A stretch of 64,000 nt of DNA from Nitrosopumilus sp. (GCA_965197525.1 OZ240211.1:2080001-2144000), one strand, 5' to 3'; positions 11,201-20,284 are shown, numbered from the stretch's first letter. Numbers and translations are program-made. The notes: a model not told the origin generated them from the letters alone.

Positions 11201-14200
11201 TTACAGTTGACACTACACCGCCTGAACCGTCAATCGACACTGACACCGCATCACCTACAAACCTGCAGTCGATAACATTTACAGTTAACTTTGGCGAGGA
11301 GATTGACCCCGACACGTTTACTGAATCCGACGTGGATGTATCACTCGGCACCGTCTCCGCACCTGCCACAAACGACAACCAGACGTTCACATTTGAGATA
11401 ACGGGACTGGCTACCGGCAACCTTACAGTCTCCATTCCAGCTGGCTCTGTGGATGATCTTGCAGAAAACAGTAACCTGGCCTCGAACACGCTTGCAATCG
11501 TCGTTGATACCACCGCCCCGTCGCTCTCGTCGATAACCAGAAGCTCACCCACGGTGGAGGTAACCTCCCTTACATCACTTGAATTTGCAGTTGATTTCAG
11601 CGAGGCAGTAACCAACGTGAATGCTACCGACTTTTCAGTGACGGGCACCGGCACGGGTACCATATCCGGCGTATCGGGTGGTGGCGCATCGTACCTGGTG
11701 ACAGTCATGGTAGGTAGTGATGGCACCATCGGCCTGGATATCGCATCAGGACACGACATAACCGATACTGTAGGCAACGCTCTGCCAGCTGTTGCTACAC
11801 CCGACGACACGGAAGAATCATTCACGGTTGACTCTACACGGTTTACACCGTTAATCAGCGCCAACGTCACATCGCCTACAAACCAGCAGTCGATAAAATT
11901 TACAGTTGACTTTGGCGAGCCAATCAACGCTACCACATTTACTGCATCTGACATAGATGAATCCCAAGGCACCGTCTCTACACCTACCACAAACAACAAC
12001 CAGAAGTTCACATTTGAGATAACGGGACTGGTCGAAGGCACCCTTGCAGTCTCCATTCCAGCCGACTCTGTGGACGATCTTGCACAAAACAAGAACCTGG
12101 AGTCTGATCCAACCACAATCATCATTGATACCACTGCCCCATTACTCTCATCGATAACTAAAAGCTCACCTACATCAGCACTAACCTACCTTACATCGCT
12201 TGACTTTGCAGTTGTCTTCAACGAGTCAGTAATCAATGTCAATCCAGCTGACTTTGCAGTGACAGGCACCGGTACCGGCACGGTATCCGGCGTATCAAGT
12301 AATGGTGACGGTGCGTCATACACGGTGACAGTTGCAGTGGATAGCATTGGAATCATCGGCCTGGATATCGCACCGGGACACGACATAAGGGATGCCGCAC
12401 AAAACAGTCTGGTCGACCCGACAGCGACCGGCTCTGATGAGACCTACACGGCAGTAGACGACAGCCTGTTTCTGACTACGTGGGAGACTACTGCGGCCAA
12501 CCCGATAGTAGGCATACCTGTAGAGGTACATTCAGGGGAAACCTTTACCATAGATTGGGGTGATGGTAACACAACTGAGGTAAACTCTAACGGCGTACAG
12601 TCACACACATACGCTACAGCTGGCTCTTACTGGGTCATCATGGCAGGCGATCTGTCACGGATAAATCTTGGCGGTTCTGGCTCTACACCTGCACTGCTTG
12701 ATTCAATTAACCAATGGGGTGACATCCAGTGGTCTACTATGAATAATGCATTCCGTGGTGCCAGCGCAATGACTTATCACGCCACTGATACACCGAATCT
12801 ATCACAGGTTACTGACATGTCTGGCATGTTCAGACTTGCCACCGCATTTAACGGGGATATCTCTGGCTGGAACACCTCCTCAGTTACTGACATGTCCCAC
12901 ACGTTCTCTGGTGCCAACGCATTTAACAAAAGCCTCGTTGGCTGGAACACCTCCTCAGTTACTGACATGTCCAACATGTTCTACTTTGCACGCGCATTTA
13001 ACGGGGATATCTCTGACTGGAACACCTCTTCAGTTACCAACATGTCTCAAATGTTCGATTCTGCCGACACATTTAACGGAGATATCTCCGGCTGGAACAC
13101 CTCCTCAGTTACTGACATGTCTGGCATGTTTGACTTTGCTGAAAAATTTAACAGAGACATCTCCGGCTGGAATGTCTCCTCTGTTACCAACATGGACGAC
13201 ATGTTCGACCATGCAGATGACTTTGACCAAAACTTGGGTCCATGGTACATTACACCGGATTCTGTAGACTTTTCTTATGTTGATTCCCTCAATGTCACTG
13301 ATATAACTCCACAGAATGACGCACTTGCAGGACACAACCCGGTATACGACATCGGAACGGGCGGCAACTTTACCCTCTTTGAGATAGTGTCCGGTTCTGA
13401 CACCCTGGCATTCAAGGGAATACCAACCAGTACAGGTGTATATAATGTCAACGTGACTGCCTCTGACGGCACAGTCTTTGAGGATGGCAATAATCACCGC
13501 GTCATCCGGGTAACAGTATCTGACATTCTGACAGACCGTACTCCGCCCCGCGTTGCCTCCATACTGCGTGATACTCCTAGCACTGAATCCACAACTGCTA
13601 CTACTCTAGTGTTTGCTGTCACGTTTGATGAGCCAGTAACCAACGTGGATGCTGCCGACTTTGAAGTAACGGGCAACGGCACGGGCACAGTATCTGGCGT
13701 ATCAGGTGATGATGGTGCGTCATACCAGGTGACAGTTACAGTAGATGGTGTTGGAACCATAGGATTGGATATCGCATCAGACCACGACATACAGGATGCT
13801 GCAAACAACGATCTGGCCAACCTGACACCGACTGGCGATGATGAGACCTACACGGTAACAGACAGTACGCCACCCCGTGTTACATCCATACTGCGTGATA
13901 CACCTAGCGTTGCATCCACAACTGCTACCACCTTGGTGTTTAATGTCACATTTAACGAGCCAGTCATCAATGTGGGTGTTGCTGACTTTGATGTAGCAGG
14001 CAACGGTACAGGTTCAATATCTAACGTATCAGGTTCCGGTACGTCATACACCGTAACAGTCGCAGTAACCGGTGCTGGAATCATAGGATTGGATATCGCA
14101 TCAGGACACGACATACAGGATACTGCAAACAACGATCTGGCCAACCTGGCACCGACTGGCGATGATGAGATCTACACGGTAACAGAGACTACGGTAACAG

Positions 14201-16863
14201 ATAATACTCCGCCCCGTGTTGCCTCCATATTGCGCAACACCCCTCTCGCTGAATCCACAACTGCCACCACCCTGGTGTTTGCTGTCACGTTTGATGAACC
14301 GGTTACCAACGTGAACACCGCTGACTTTACAGTAGCAGGCAACGGCACGGGTACAATATTTAACGTATCAGGTTCCGGTGCGTCATACACCGTAACAGTC
14401 GCAGTAACCGCAGTTGGAACCATAGGATTGGATATCGCATCAGACCACGACATACAGGATGCTGCAAACAACGATCTGGCCAACCTGACACCGACTGGCG
14501 ATGATGAGACCTACACGGTAACAGAGACTACGGTACCAGACAATACCCCGCCCCGTGTTGCCTCCATACTGCGCAACACCCCTCTAGCTGAATCCACAAC
14601 TGCTACTACTCTAGTGTTTGCTGTCACGTTTGACGAGCCTGTAACCAACGTGGATGCTGCCGACTTTGCATTAACGGGCACCGGCACGGGTACAGTATCT
14701 GCCGTATCAGGTTCCGGTGCGTCCTACGAAGTAACAGTCACCGAAGCCACTGTTGGCACCATCGGATTGGATATCGCAACAGGACACAACATACAGGATG
14801 CTGCAACCAACGATCTGACCGACCTGACACCTACCGGCAATGATGAGACCTACACAGTCACGGTGGTAGACAATACTCCGCCCCGTGTTGCCTCCATACT
14901 GCGCAACACCCCTCTCGCTGAATCCACATCTGACACTACCCTGGTGTTTGCTGTCACGTTTGATGAATCAGTCATCAATGTGAATGATGCTGCTGACTTT
15001 ACAGTAACGGGCAACGGTACAGGTACAATATCTGGCATATCAGGTTCCGGTGCATCATACACCGTAACAGTCACAGTAACCGCTAGTGGAACCATAGGAT
15101 TGGATATCGCACCAGGACACGACATACAGGATGCTGCAACCAACGGTCTGACTGACACGACAGTGGTAGGCTCTAATGAGGCCTACATAGTCAACCAGCT
15201 ACCCGTACTGAATAATATCCCATCACAGACTGGAGATGAGCTTACACCCCTCACGTTCACTGCTGAAGCAACTGATCGTGATAACGATCCCCTGACATAC
15301 TCCCTTATCGAGCCGATACCTGACGGTGCCACGATGGATACTAATACTGGAGTGTTCTCATGGACGCCAACTGAGACACAGGATGGCATCCACACCATAA
15401 CCGTACAGGTCTCTGACGGTAACGGCGGCGGCACTGACTTGCAGGATGTCGCGATAACTGTAACTGAGGTAAATCAGAATCCAGTACTTGATTCCATAGG
15501 TGGACAGACCATAGATGAGACAGACACACTCAAGTTTGATGCAACAGCCCGAGACGACGACATATACCAAGGCTCTCCTAACTCCCTGACATTCTCACTT
15601 GGTGACGGGGCAGACAGACCACGCGGCGCATCAATCACCCGGGACGGCTCGTTCTCTTGGAGGCCTGACCAGTCCCAGGATGGTGTATACTCTATTAATG
15701 TGACTGTCTCTGACGGCCGGGGCGGTACCACATCCGAACTGATATCAGTTACAGTACGTGACATAGCTCCGAGTCTTGTATCGGTACGGGGATCTGGCTC
15801 TTCTATAACGTTGACGCTCTCTGAGCCAGTCATATCCAGTGAAACAGGTCACAACGGATTTACAGTACTCTCTTCCTCCTCAAATAGTACAGTCATAGTG
15901 GAATCCATCACCGGAAGTGGCACAGACACCCTTGCGTTACTACTTGATGGCCCACTGTCTCGTGGGGACACGCTCTCATACGACAGTAGCACAGGCGATA
16001 TTGTAGACGAGTCAGGCAAACCTTTGGAATCATTTGTTGATGTGGCCATAATACTACTCGAGTCCAAAAAGTCAGGTACCGCACCACCATCTGTGAATAC
16101 ACTTGAGATAAACGGCCAGAGTTACAATGCTCAAAACAGGGTAAACCATGCCACGACACCGCTGGAGGTTGCAGTAGACCAACCCATATCCATGAGTTTT
16201 ACGGTACACGACAGACTTGACATACTCTACTTTGCAGTATACCTGAACCTGCAGGATGATGATACATCATACACAAACAGTGACACATACGTGGAATACA
16301 ACAGAGGCAAAACAAACATAGTTGATCCTCAAAACCTGTTGTCAGACGCCTCTCTTACCATATCGCCTGACCCTGATGATTCTACTGAGAAGACAGTCAC
16401 ACTAGGTATCACGTTTGCAGAGGTGATAGGGGATACCAACATGGTAATCAGGACTTGGAACGCAGATCGTCAGTCTTCAATCGTCATAATCGTTGATGCA
16501 CTCAATGTCATATCTTTGGAGGTGGACCCAGAGCCCCAAGTAGCGGGGGTGGACCCAGAGCCCCAAGTAACGGGGGTGGATCCAGAGCCACAGGTACCTG
16601 CAGTACCTAATCCGGAACCTGGGACTGAGACTTTTGCTGATGACTTTGACTATGACCGTGCATTGTTTGTACTGCGCATGTGGTCTGGATTTGAATCTGA
16701 GATAGCAGATGACAATCAACTGCTAGCTGTTATGGGCCTGACTCACATGGGAACAGACATACCTGCTTGGGTCATGACTGATCTTGCACCACTAGTGGTA
16801 AAAGAACTGATAACCCTAGACGAGTTTAGGGTTGCGTTAGAGTACGTGATGGGGAATACCTGA
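5248..16863 (+). CDS. Giant (3871 aa) surface/adhesin-like protein: N-terminal hydrophobic signal, 5 beta-propeller blades, 3 DUF285/BspA-type repeat arrays, about 15 Ig-like domains, 2 cadherin-like domains, SwmB-like domain, C-terminal helical tail
   Basis: Uninterrupted ORF; VAIAALALVMAAGLLIM after a basic patch; GMAFSSNGTKMFVVG blades; WNVSxVTxMxxMF repeats; TxPxxxSIxRxxP...FAVxF Ig repeats; FSWTP/FSWRP...VxVSDG cadherin-like units. The true start may instead be the GTG at 5266. Confidence 0.9.
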   Translation: MLWGGGVCGLRKRRDGRTVAIAALALVMAAGLLIMQPGGLTGAPTWDGGVAVLNAWPPSGDTVFAWLLSEYAFAQVQDSTLPTFVSSDLHAGTGVLSITFSEDIDATPKTEVDTSKIHIRESGTYTGGVTLTVTELDTNTDGTTISFTLTASHNATVAGLTTPELTIEPGAVSDIAGNPIMSTFDVSTASWVDATSVRAQDDNPSGMAFSSNGTKMFVVGNDGNDINEYNLTSPWDASTRTFVDATSVRTQDHTPTGMAFSSNGTKMFVVGSAGIDINEYNLTSPWDASTRTFVDATSVRTQDFILTGMAFSSNGTKMFVVGEFYNHINEYNLTSPWDASTRTFVGAFDVSGQEAVPQGMAFSSDGTKMFVVGSAGIDINEYNLSSPWGVSNADFVDAFDVSGQEASPRGMAFSSDGTKMFVVGNDGVEINEYALSSVYPITVISATGTDAFITTWQTTSAGESITIPVGDATGNYTVHWGDDITSTHITDATHTYDLAGNYTVSISGDFTRINLGGDTTMNADKLKSIEHWGDISWTTMQDAFREATKMTYNATDTPDLSAVTSMQNMFRHAEKFNGNLSDWDVSGVENMDGTFRGASIFNGDLSGWDTSGSNNMQKMFQANQHFNGDLSGWDTSGVTNMQDMFSAASDFNGDLSGWNVSAVTNMKGMFLNTLNFNQNLSGWNVSKVTDMRSMFNTAISFNQNLSGWDVSNVTDMDNMFNGASIFNGDLSDWNVSKVTDMSDMFSNAINFNQNLSDWNVLNVTDMHNMFTTATDFDGDISGWNVSKVTDMQYMFNAAASFNGDISGWNVSKVTDMSNMFLDALSFDQNLGPWYITPDSVYFSYVDSLNVTDITPQNDVLAGHNPVYGIGTGGNFELFEIVSGSDTLAFKAAPTSIGVYNANVTATEGTVFESDNNYRMVQVTVSSIPIDPDLFITTWETFSPNKSITIPVGDATGNYTVHWGDDSVTTHITDATHTYATAGDHTVTISGDFTRIHLGGHSVQNAIKLQSIDQWGSIQWESMNGAFSGALSMTYNATDTPDLSGVRDTSSMFHSADAFNGNLSDWDVSKVTNMRGMFQSADVFDGDISGWNVSSVTNMENMFTSTPFNGDISGWNVSSVTTMANMFNDASKFNGDISGWDVSSVTIMARMFNDASKFNGDISSWNVSQVTNMSHMFNDAISFNRDLSWNVSSVTSMSEMFHGASDFDGDISSWNVSAVQYMFRMFRDADSFNQNISSWNVSSVTSMREMFSGADDFEQNLGPWYITQDSVDFSYVDSLNVTDITPQNNVLAGHNPVYDIVAGGNFTLFEIASGSDTLAFKATPTSNGLHQVNVTAAGSSVFENGNNHRMVQVAVSGIQIDSTPPNLISISRDTPSTVHTSATTLVFNATFNEPVTNVGVADFAVTGTGTGTVFGVSGDGASYLVTVTVGSDGTIGLDIASGHDITDTAGNPLTTTAVTPDPDESFTVDTAQFTPSISANVTSPTNQQSIKFTVDFTEEIDPATFTVSDIDESQGTVSTPTTNNNQKFTFEITGLVEGILTVSIPVNTVDDLAQNKNIVSNTVTITIDTTAPSLSSISRGSPTTELTSDTSLEFAVDFSESVTGVDTSDFVVSGNGTGSVSGISGSGSSYTVTVGVTSNSGTIGLDLVANNHGIIDSAGTALTDTSPDTDETYTIDAISPSLTSITRHSPTAAITSETNLNFTVTFSEPVINVGPTDFVLSSGTGTITVVPTNASSYVVTVAVAADGIINLDVASGHNITDNVGNPLAATAPNPDDSFTVDTTQFTPSISTDTASTTNQQSITFEVNFGEPINATTFTASDIDESQGTVSAPATTDNQKFVFDITGLTEGPLTVSIPADTVDDLAENKNLASDILEFTIDTTAPSLSSISRDSPAAELTSETSLDFAVDFSESVVNVDSDYFVLSSGTGFGTGDITVSTVNASSYVVTVADATDGIIDLSVASVHDITDIAGNPLTATAPNPDDSFTVDTTPPEPSIDTDTASPTNLQSITFTVNFGEEIDPDTFTESDVDVSLGTVSAPATNDNQTFTFEITGLATGNLTVSIPAGSVDDLAENSNLASNTLAIVVDTTAPSLSSITRSSPTVEVTSLTSLEFAVDFSEAVTNVNATDFSVTGTGTGTISGVSGGGASYLVTVMVGSDGTIGLDIASGHDITDTVGNALPAVATPDDTEESFTVDSTRFTPLISANVTSPTNQQSIKFTVDFGEPINATTFTASDIDESQGTVSTPTTNNNQKFTFEITGLVEGTLAVSIPADSVDDLAQNKNLESDPTTIIIDTTAPLLSSITKSSPTSALTYLTSLDFAVVFNESVINVNPADFAVTGTGTGTVSGVSSNGDGASYTVTVAVDSIGIIGLDIAPGHDIRDAAQNSLVDPTATGSDETYTAVDDSLFLTTWETTAANPIVGIPVEVHSGETFTIDWGDGNTTEVNSNGVQSHTYATAGSYWVIMAGDLSRINLGGSGSTPALLDSINQWGDIQWSTMNNAFRGASAMTYHATDTPNLSQVTDMSGMFRLATAFNGDISGWNTSSVTDMSHTFSGANAFNKSLVGWNTSSVTDMSNMFYFARAFNGDISDWNTSSVTNMSQMFDSADTFNGDISGWNTSSVTDMSGMFDFAEKFNRDISGWNVSSVTNMDDMFDHADDFDQNLGPWYITPDSVDFSYVDSLNVTDITPQNDALAGHNPVYDIGTGGNFTLFEIVSGSDTLAFKGIPTSTGVYNVNVTASDGTVFEDGNNHRVIRVTVSDILTDRTPPRVASILRDTPSTESTTATTLVFAVTFDEPVTNVDAADFEVTGNGTGTVSGVSGDDGASYQVTVTVDGVGTIGLDIASDHDIQDAANNDLANLTPTGDDETYTVTDSTPPRVTSILRDTPSVASTTATTLVFNVTFNEPVINVGVADFDVAGNGTGSISNVSGSGTSYTVTVAVTGAGIIGLDIASGHDIQDTANNDLANLAPTGDDEIYTVTETTVTDNTPPRVASILRNTPLAESTTATTLVFAVTFDEPVTNVNTADFTVAGNGTGTIFNVSGSGASYTVTVAVTAVGTIGLDIASDHDIQDAANNDLANLTPTGDDETYTVTETTVPDNTPPRVASILRNTPLAESTTATTLVFAVTFDEPVTNVDAADFALTGTGTGTVSAVSGSGASYEVTVTEATVGTIGLDIATGHNIQDAATNDLTDLTPTGNDETYTVTVVDNTPPRVASILRNTPLAESTSDTTLVFAVTFDESVINVNDAADFTVTGNGTGTISGISGSGASYTVTVTVTASGTIGLDIAPGHDIQDAATNGLTDTTVVGSNEAYIVNQLPVLNNIPSQTGDELTPLTFTAEATDRDNDPLTYSLIEPIPDGATMDTNTGVFSWTPTETQDGIHTITVQVSDGNGGGTDLQDVAITVTEVNQNPVLDSIGGQTIDETDTLKFDATARDDDIYQGSPNSLTFSLGDGADRPRGASITRDGSFSWRPDQSQDGVYSINVTVSDGRGGTTSELISVTVRDIAPSLVSVRGSGSSITLTLSEPVISSETGHNGFTVLSSSSNSTVIVESITGSGTDTLALLLDGPLSRGDTLSYDSSTGDIVDESGKPLESFVDVAIILLESKKSGTAPPSVNTLEINGQSYNAQNRVNHATTPLEVAVDQPISMSFTVHDRLDILYFAVYLNLQDDDTSYTNSDTYVEYNRGKTNIVDPQNLLSDASLTISPDPDDSTEKTVTLGITFAEVIGDTNMVIRTWNADRQSSIVIIVDALNVISLEVDPEPQVAGVDPEPQVTGVDPEPQVPAVPNPEPGTETFADDFDYDRALFVLRMWSGFESEIADDNQLLAVMGLTHMGTDIPAWVMTDLAPLVVKELITLDEFRVALEYVMGNT
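5255..5266 (+). repeat. G12 homopolymer in codons 3-7 of the giant gene
   Basis: ATG TTG TGG GGG GGG GGG GTG; 12 consecutive G. Confidence 0.9.
5800..6555 (+). repeat. 5 x 153-bp (51-aa) beta-propeller blade repeats
   Basis: (A/G)ACGGCACCAAGATG recurs at 5881, 6034, 6187, 6340 and 6493. Confidence 0.95.
6950..7737 (+). repeat. DUF285/BspA-type array 1 (about 10 x 75 bp)
   Basis: Repeated FNGDLSGWNVSKVTDMxxMF units; ends approximate. Confidence 0.9.
8395..9027 (+). repeat. DUF285/BspA-type array 2 (about 8 units)
   Basis: Repeated FNGDISxWNVSSVTxMxxMF units; ends approximate. Confidence 0.9.
12811..13236 (+). repeat. DUF285/BspA-type array 3 (about 5 units)
   Basis: Repeated FNGDISGWNTSSVTDMSxMF units; ends approximate. 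Confidence 0.9.
16522..16600 (+). repeat. 3 x 27-bp VDPEPQVxG linker repeat
   Basis: GTGGACCCAGAGCCCCAAGTA recurs with a 27-bp period. Confidence 0.9.
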
Positions 16864-16929
16864 AGCATCTAGTTTTTCAGATACTATTTTAAAAAATCTC
16901 ATTGATGATTCTTTTTTTTTACATTTACA

Positions 16930-17330
16930 AGCGGCGTTATTCCAGCTTTGAACCCAAAGTCGACGAAAAGCTCAAAGATCAGATCGCACGCCGCTTGATG
17001 AACAAAGAACGTGATACAAACACGAAACACAGCAAAAACAAGAGACGTTGCAAAAACAAGTCCCAACTACAAGAAATGAGGACGCCCGCCGGATACTACA
17101 AGGAATACGAGCCAAGGAGGGGTCGCAAGGGAATTCGATCCGGAGGCATAGATGATCAGGTGGCAGAAGGAGAACCACGAAGAGTTTGAAGACGTACCAC
17201 CAGCGCAGCATAATAGTCCATGTTCTCGTCGTTCAAGTCATGTTCACTGGTGTGGTTTGCGCAAAGACACTGCATGCCCAAAGACTGCTACTGCCCAGGT
17301 GCGTCTGCTACAACATGCTGTCGTGATGGA
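16930..17330 (+). pseudogene. IS5/IS4-like DDE transposase C-terminal relic
   Basis: Frame-hopping reconstruction: WQKENHEEFEDV / HQRSII / SMFSSFK ... AKTLHAQRLLL..CVCYNML, consistent with a YxxRxxxExxFxxxK motif and terminal YN motif; boundaries approximate. Confidence 0.6.
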
Positions 17331-17656
17331 ATGATGAAAAAATGCATACCATGCGCCTATAACGTGTGCTATGTGTCTTTGCGCGATTCTGGCACGTGAT
17401 GCATGATCTCATGCTCCGATCACAGGAAATTCAATCAGATGGACGGAATCAAAACCAATAAGACGCGTGTAAAAGAACATCAAATAGGTCTGTAGAACTA
17501 GGATTTGGACCACGTCATGCAACTATAGTAATAGTAATAATAATCATAATACTTGATTACAAGCACTGATAGACATACCTCGTCTTAAAACATACTAGGA
17601 CCATGGCCAAAATTGCGTTAGGCTTATACCTTGTCAACATGTAAACCCAGCATAAC

Positions 17657-19096
17657 ATGATAAACAGCATACGTGATTTTATAACCGAACTTGAAAAACA
17701 TGGAGAGCTAAAAAGAGTAAAGACAAACGTTGATCCAAACTTGGAGATTGCAGAGATTATGCGCAGAGGGATGTATGCAAACGGCCCTGCAATATTTTTT
17801 GAAGATGTAAAGGGATATGATATGCCCGTTCTAGGAAACGCGTTTGGTTCTATGAGGCGGTTGGAGATTGGGTTGGAGATGACTGATTTTACAGAGATTG
17901 GAGCGCGCATTGCTGATATGACAAGGATGGATATTCCAACAGGGTTACTAGGCAAGATCAAAAAACTTCCTGAACTCTCAAAGATGACTGCATCATTTCC
18001 TAAGATACAGTCAAGCGGACCTGTTACTGAAGTTGTATCTACAAATGCATCATTTGACGACCTTCCAATTCTGACATCATGGCCTAATGATGCAGGCAGG
18101 TTCATCACTTTGGGACTAGTTGCAACAGTGCATCCTGAAACCAAAGTGCGAAATCTTGGAGTCTACCGAATGCAGATAATAGATGGCACTCATGCGCTAA
18201 TGCACTGGCAGAAACACAAGCGAGGTGCACACCATGGTGATATCTCAAAGGACAAGGGTGAGAAAATCCCTGCAGCCGTCATTATTGGCAGCGAGCCTGC
18301 CACGATATTCTCATCAATTGCCCCCGTTCCAGAAGGCCTTGACAAATATCTCTTTGCAGGAATAACAAGAAAGGAAGGAATCCGCACTGTAAAGTGCAAA
18401 ACAATTGACTTGGATGTGCCTGCAAACGCTGAGATAGTTTTAGAAGGATATGTGGATCCTTCAGACACTAGAGATGAGGGTCCGTTCGGCGACCATACCG
18501 GGTATTATACACCTGTAGAACCATATCCTACATTTACGCTGACAGGCGTCATGCAAAGAAAGAATCCCATATACGTCACTACCGTTGTTGGAAAACCCGT
18601 TCTTGAGGATGCCTACATTGGCAAAGTCATAGAGCGTTCATTCTTGCCATTGATTCAAATGTTTCATCCAGAGGTAACTGACTTTAGCATGCCTGCCGCT
18701 GGCTGGTTTCAGGGGTTTGCCATCATATCAATTAAAAAGAGATATCCGGGTCAGGCCAAAAAAGTAATGATGGGGCTGTGGGGAATGGGACAGCTATCTC
18801 TTACAAAGATGTTTGTAGTAGTTGATGACGACATTAACGTTCATGATATCAACGATGTACTTTGGGCAGTTACTACACGAGCAGATGCTGCACGAGATAC
18901 TACCATAATTGACAATGCCCCCACTGACACTCTTGACCCCGCATCACCACTTGTCAATTTTGGCTCCAAGTTGGGAATTGATGCGACTCAAAAGACTGCA
19001 GAGGAGGGTTATACCAGAGAAATTCAACAACAAGTCAAAGTAGATGAGCATACAAAGAACCTAGTTGATTCTAAATGGAATGACTATGGTTTGTGA
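17657..19096 (+). CDS. ubiD: UbiD-family decarboxylase (menaquinone biosynthesis, MqnL-like)
   Basis: NLGVYRMQ, EGPFGDHTGYY and KLGIDAT motifs; adjacent to mqnC. Confidence 0.92.
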   Translation: MINSIRDFITELEKHGELKRVKTNVDPNLEIAEIMRRGMYANGPAIFFEDVKGYDMPVLGNAFGSMRRLEIGLEMTDFTEIGARIADMTRMDIPTGLLGKIKKLPELSKMTASFPKIQSSGPVTEVVSTNASFDDLPILTSWPNDAGRFITLGLVATVHPETKVRNLGVYRMQIIDGTHALMHWQKHKRGAHHGDISKDKGEKIPAAVIIGSEPATIFSSIAPVPEGLDKYLFAGITRKEGIRTVKCKTIDLDVPANAEIVLEGYVDPSDTRDEGPFGDHTGYYTPVEPYPTFTLTGVMQRKNPIYVTTVVGKPVLEDAYIGKVIERSFLPLIQMFHPEVTDFSMPAAGWFQGFAIISIKKRYPGQAKKVMMGLWGMGQLSLTKMFVVVDDDINVHDINDVLWAVTTRADAARDTTIIDNAPTDTLDPASPLVNFGSKLGIDATQKTAEEGYTREIQQQVKVDEHTKNLVDSKWNDYGL

Positions 19097-19165
19097 CAAG
19101 TTATTGCGTCATGCACAAATCATGGTACTCGTGGTTAATTATTCTCAAAAATACCTGTACTAGGA

Positions 19166-20284
19166 TTATACGACGTTAACTGGATTGTAAAAGTTATCAC
19201 GTTCTTCAACCTTGTATCCTATCTGATGAATTGCGTCTGTAATCAACTGGTCAGTCAGCTCTGTAGAGCGTGCACCCGTACACGATACGACCTCTTCGCC
19301 AATCAGCGTTCCGCCAAAGTCATCGGCACCATACTGCAAGGCAAGTTGAGCCATACCGACCCCGTTTGTCAGCCATGAGGACTGAATATGTGGTATGGAG
19401 TCATCAAATATCAGCCTTGATATTGCAATCATCTTTAGCAGCTGAATTCCTCCGGTTCCATACTCCACTATGCCCTCTTGCTGCATCAATGTATTGTTTG
19501 GCTCAAAATTCCACGGAATAAATGCCATAAACCCATTGGTTTTTTCTTGCAGTTTTACAATTTTGAAGAAATGATCTACGATATCGCTGTTCTTCTCCAC
19601 ATGTCCATACATCATTGTCGCAGATGCAGGTAATCCCAACGTGTGTGCTTCTTCCATTATTCTAATCCACTCAGCGCTAGAGATCTTTTTTGGACTGATG
19701 ATATCCTTTACTGAGTCAGTCAAGATCTCGGCACCTGCCCCCGGAATTGATTGCAAACCTGCATTCTTTAATCTTGACAATACTTCTTTTGTTGATGTCT
19801 TCTCAACTCTTGATATCATGTCAATCTCAGATGTAGACAATCCATGAACTCCTACTAGTGGGAATTTTTCCCTGATCATTTTAAATGCGTCCTCATAATA
19901 TTCTATGCTTAGCTTTGGATTATGGCCTCCTTGAATCAGCACTTGGCGAATCTTAAACATGTCCCACGATGTTTTGACTCTGGCTTCAATCTGATCCAAT
20001 GTCAGTGTATAGGCATCATCAGCGTTGGGGGCCCTGTAAAACGCGCAAAATTTACAATCAGTGATACATACATTGGTATAGTTTAAGATAATGTTGTTAA
20101 CAAAGGAGGCTTTGTTGCCAAAACGTTTTCTTGTCAGGTGTCCTGAAACAAGACCCATGAGATGAACGTCATCTGATTCTAAGAGCCTCAAACAATCGTC
20201 AGGGTTTGGTCTGTTGCCATTCAAGGCGTTCTCCAGGATATCGCAGATATCACTCTTTTGTATCTGCTTTGTAGTTTGACTCAT
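19166..20284 (-). CDS. mqnC: Radical SAM CofH/MqnC-family protein (cyclic dehypoxanthine futalosine synthase)
   Basis: NYTNVCITDCKFCAF (CxxxCxxC), SIPGAGAEIL, ATMMYGHVE; start placed at MSQTT (ATG 20284) rather than the ORF-track 20413. Confidence 0.85.
   Translation of the reverse strand: MSQTTKQIQKSDICDILENALNGNRPNPDDCLRLLESDDVHLMGLVSGHLTRKRFGNKASFVNNIILNYTNVCITDCKFCAFYRAPNADDAYTLTLDQIEARVKTSWDMFKIRQVLIQGGHNPKLSIEYYEDAFKMIREKFPLVGVHGLSTSEIDMISRVEKTSTKEVLSRLKNAGLQSIPGAGAEILTDSVKDIISPKKISSAEWIRIMEEAHTLGLPASATMMYGHVEKNSDIVDHFFKIVKLQEKTNGFMAFIPWNFEPNNTLMQQEGIVEYGTGGIQLLKMIAISRLIFDDSIPHIQSSWLTNGVGMAQLALQYGADDFGGTLIGEEVVSCTGARSTELTDQLITDAIHQIGYKVEERDNFYNPVNVV

Noticed and set aside
5800-13240. 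Diversity-generating retroelement acting on the repeats
   Set aside because: No reverse transcriptase or non-coding template repeat is visible, and the differences between units are not confined to adenine positions.
5514-16719. Many long antisense or alternate-frame ORFs within the giant gene
   Set aside because: Shadow ORFs produced by repetitive, GC-richer codon usage; they mirror the sense repeats.
16902-17334. ORFs 16902-17189 and 17152-17334 as independent genes
   Set aside because: Better explained as frameshifted pieces of one transposase relic.
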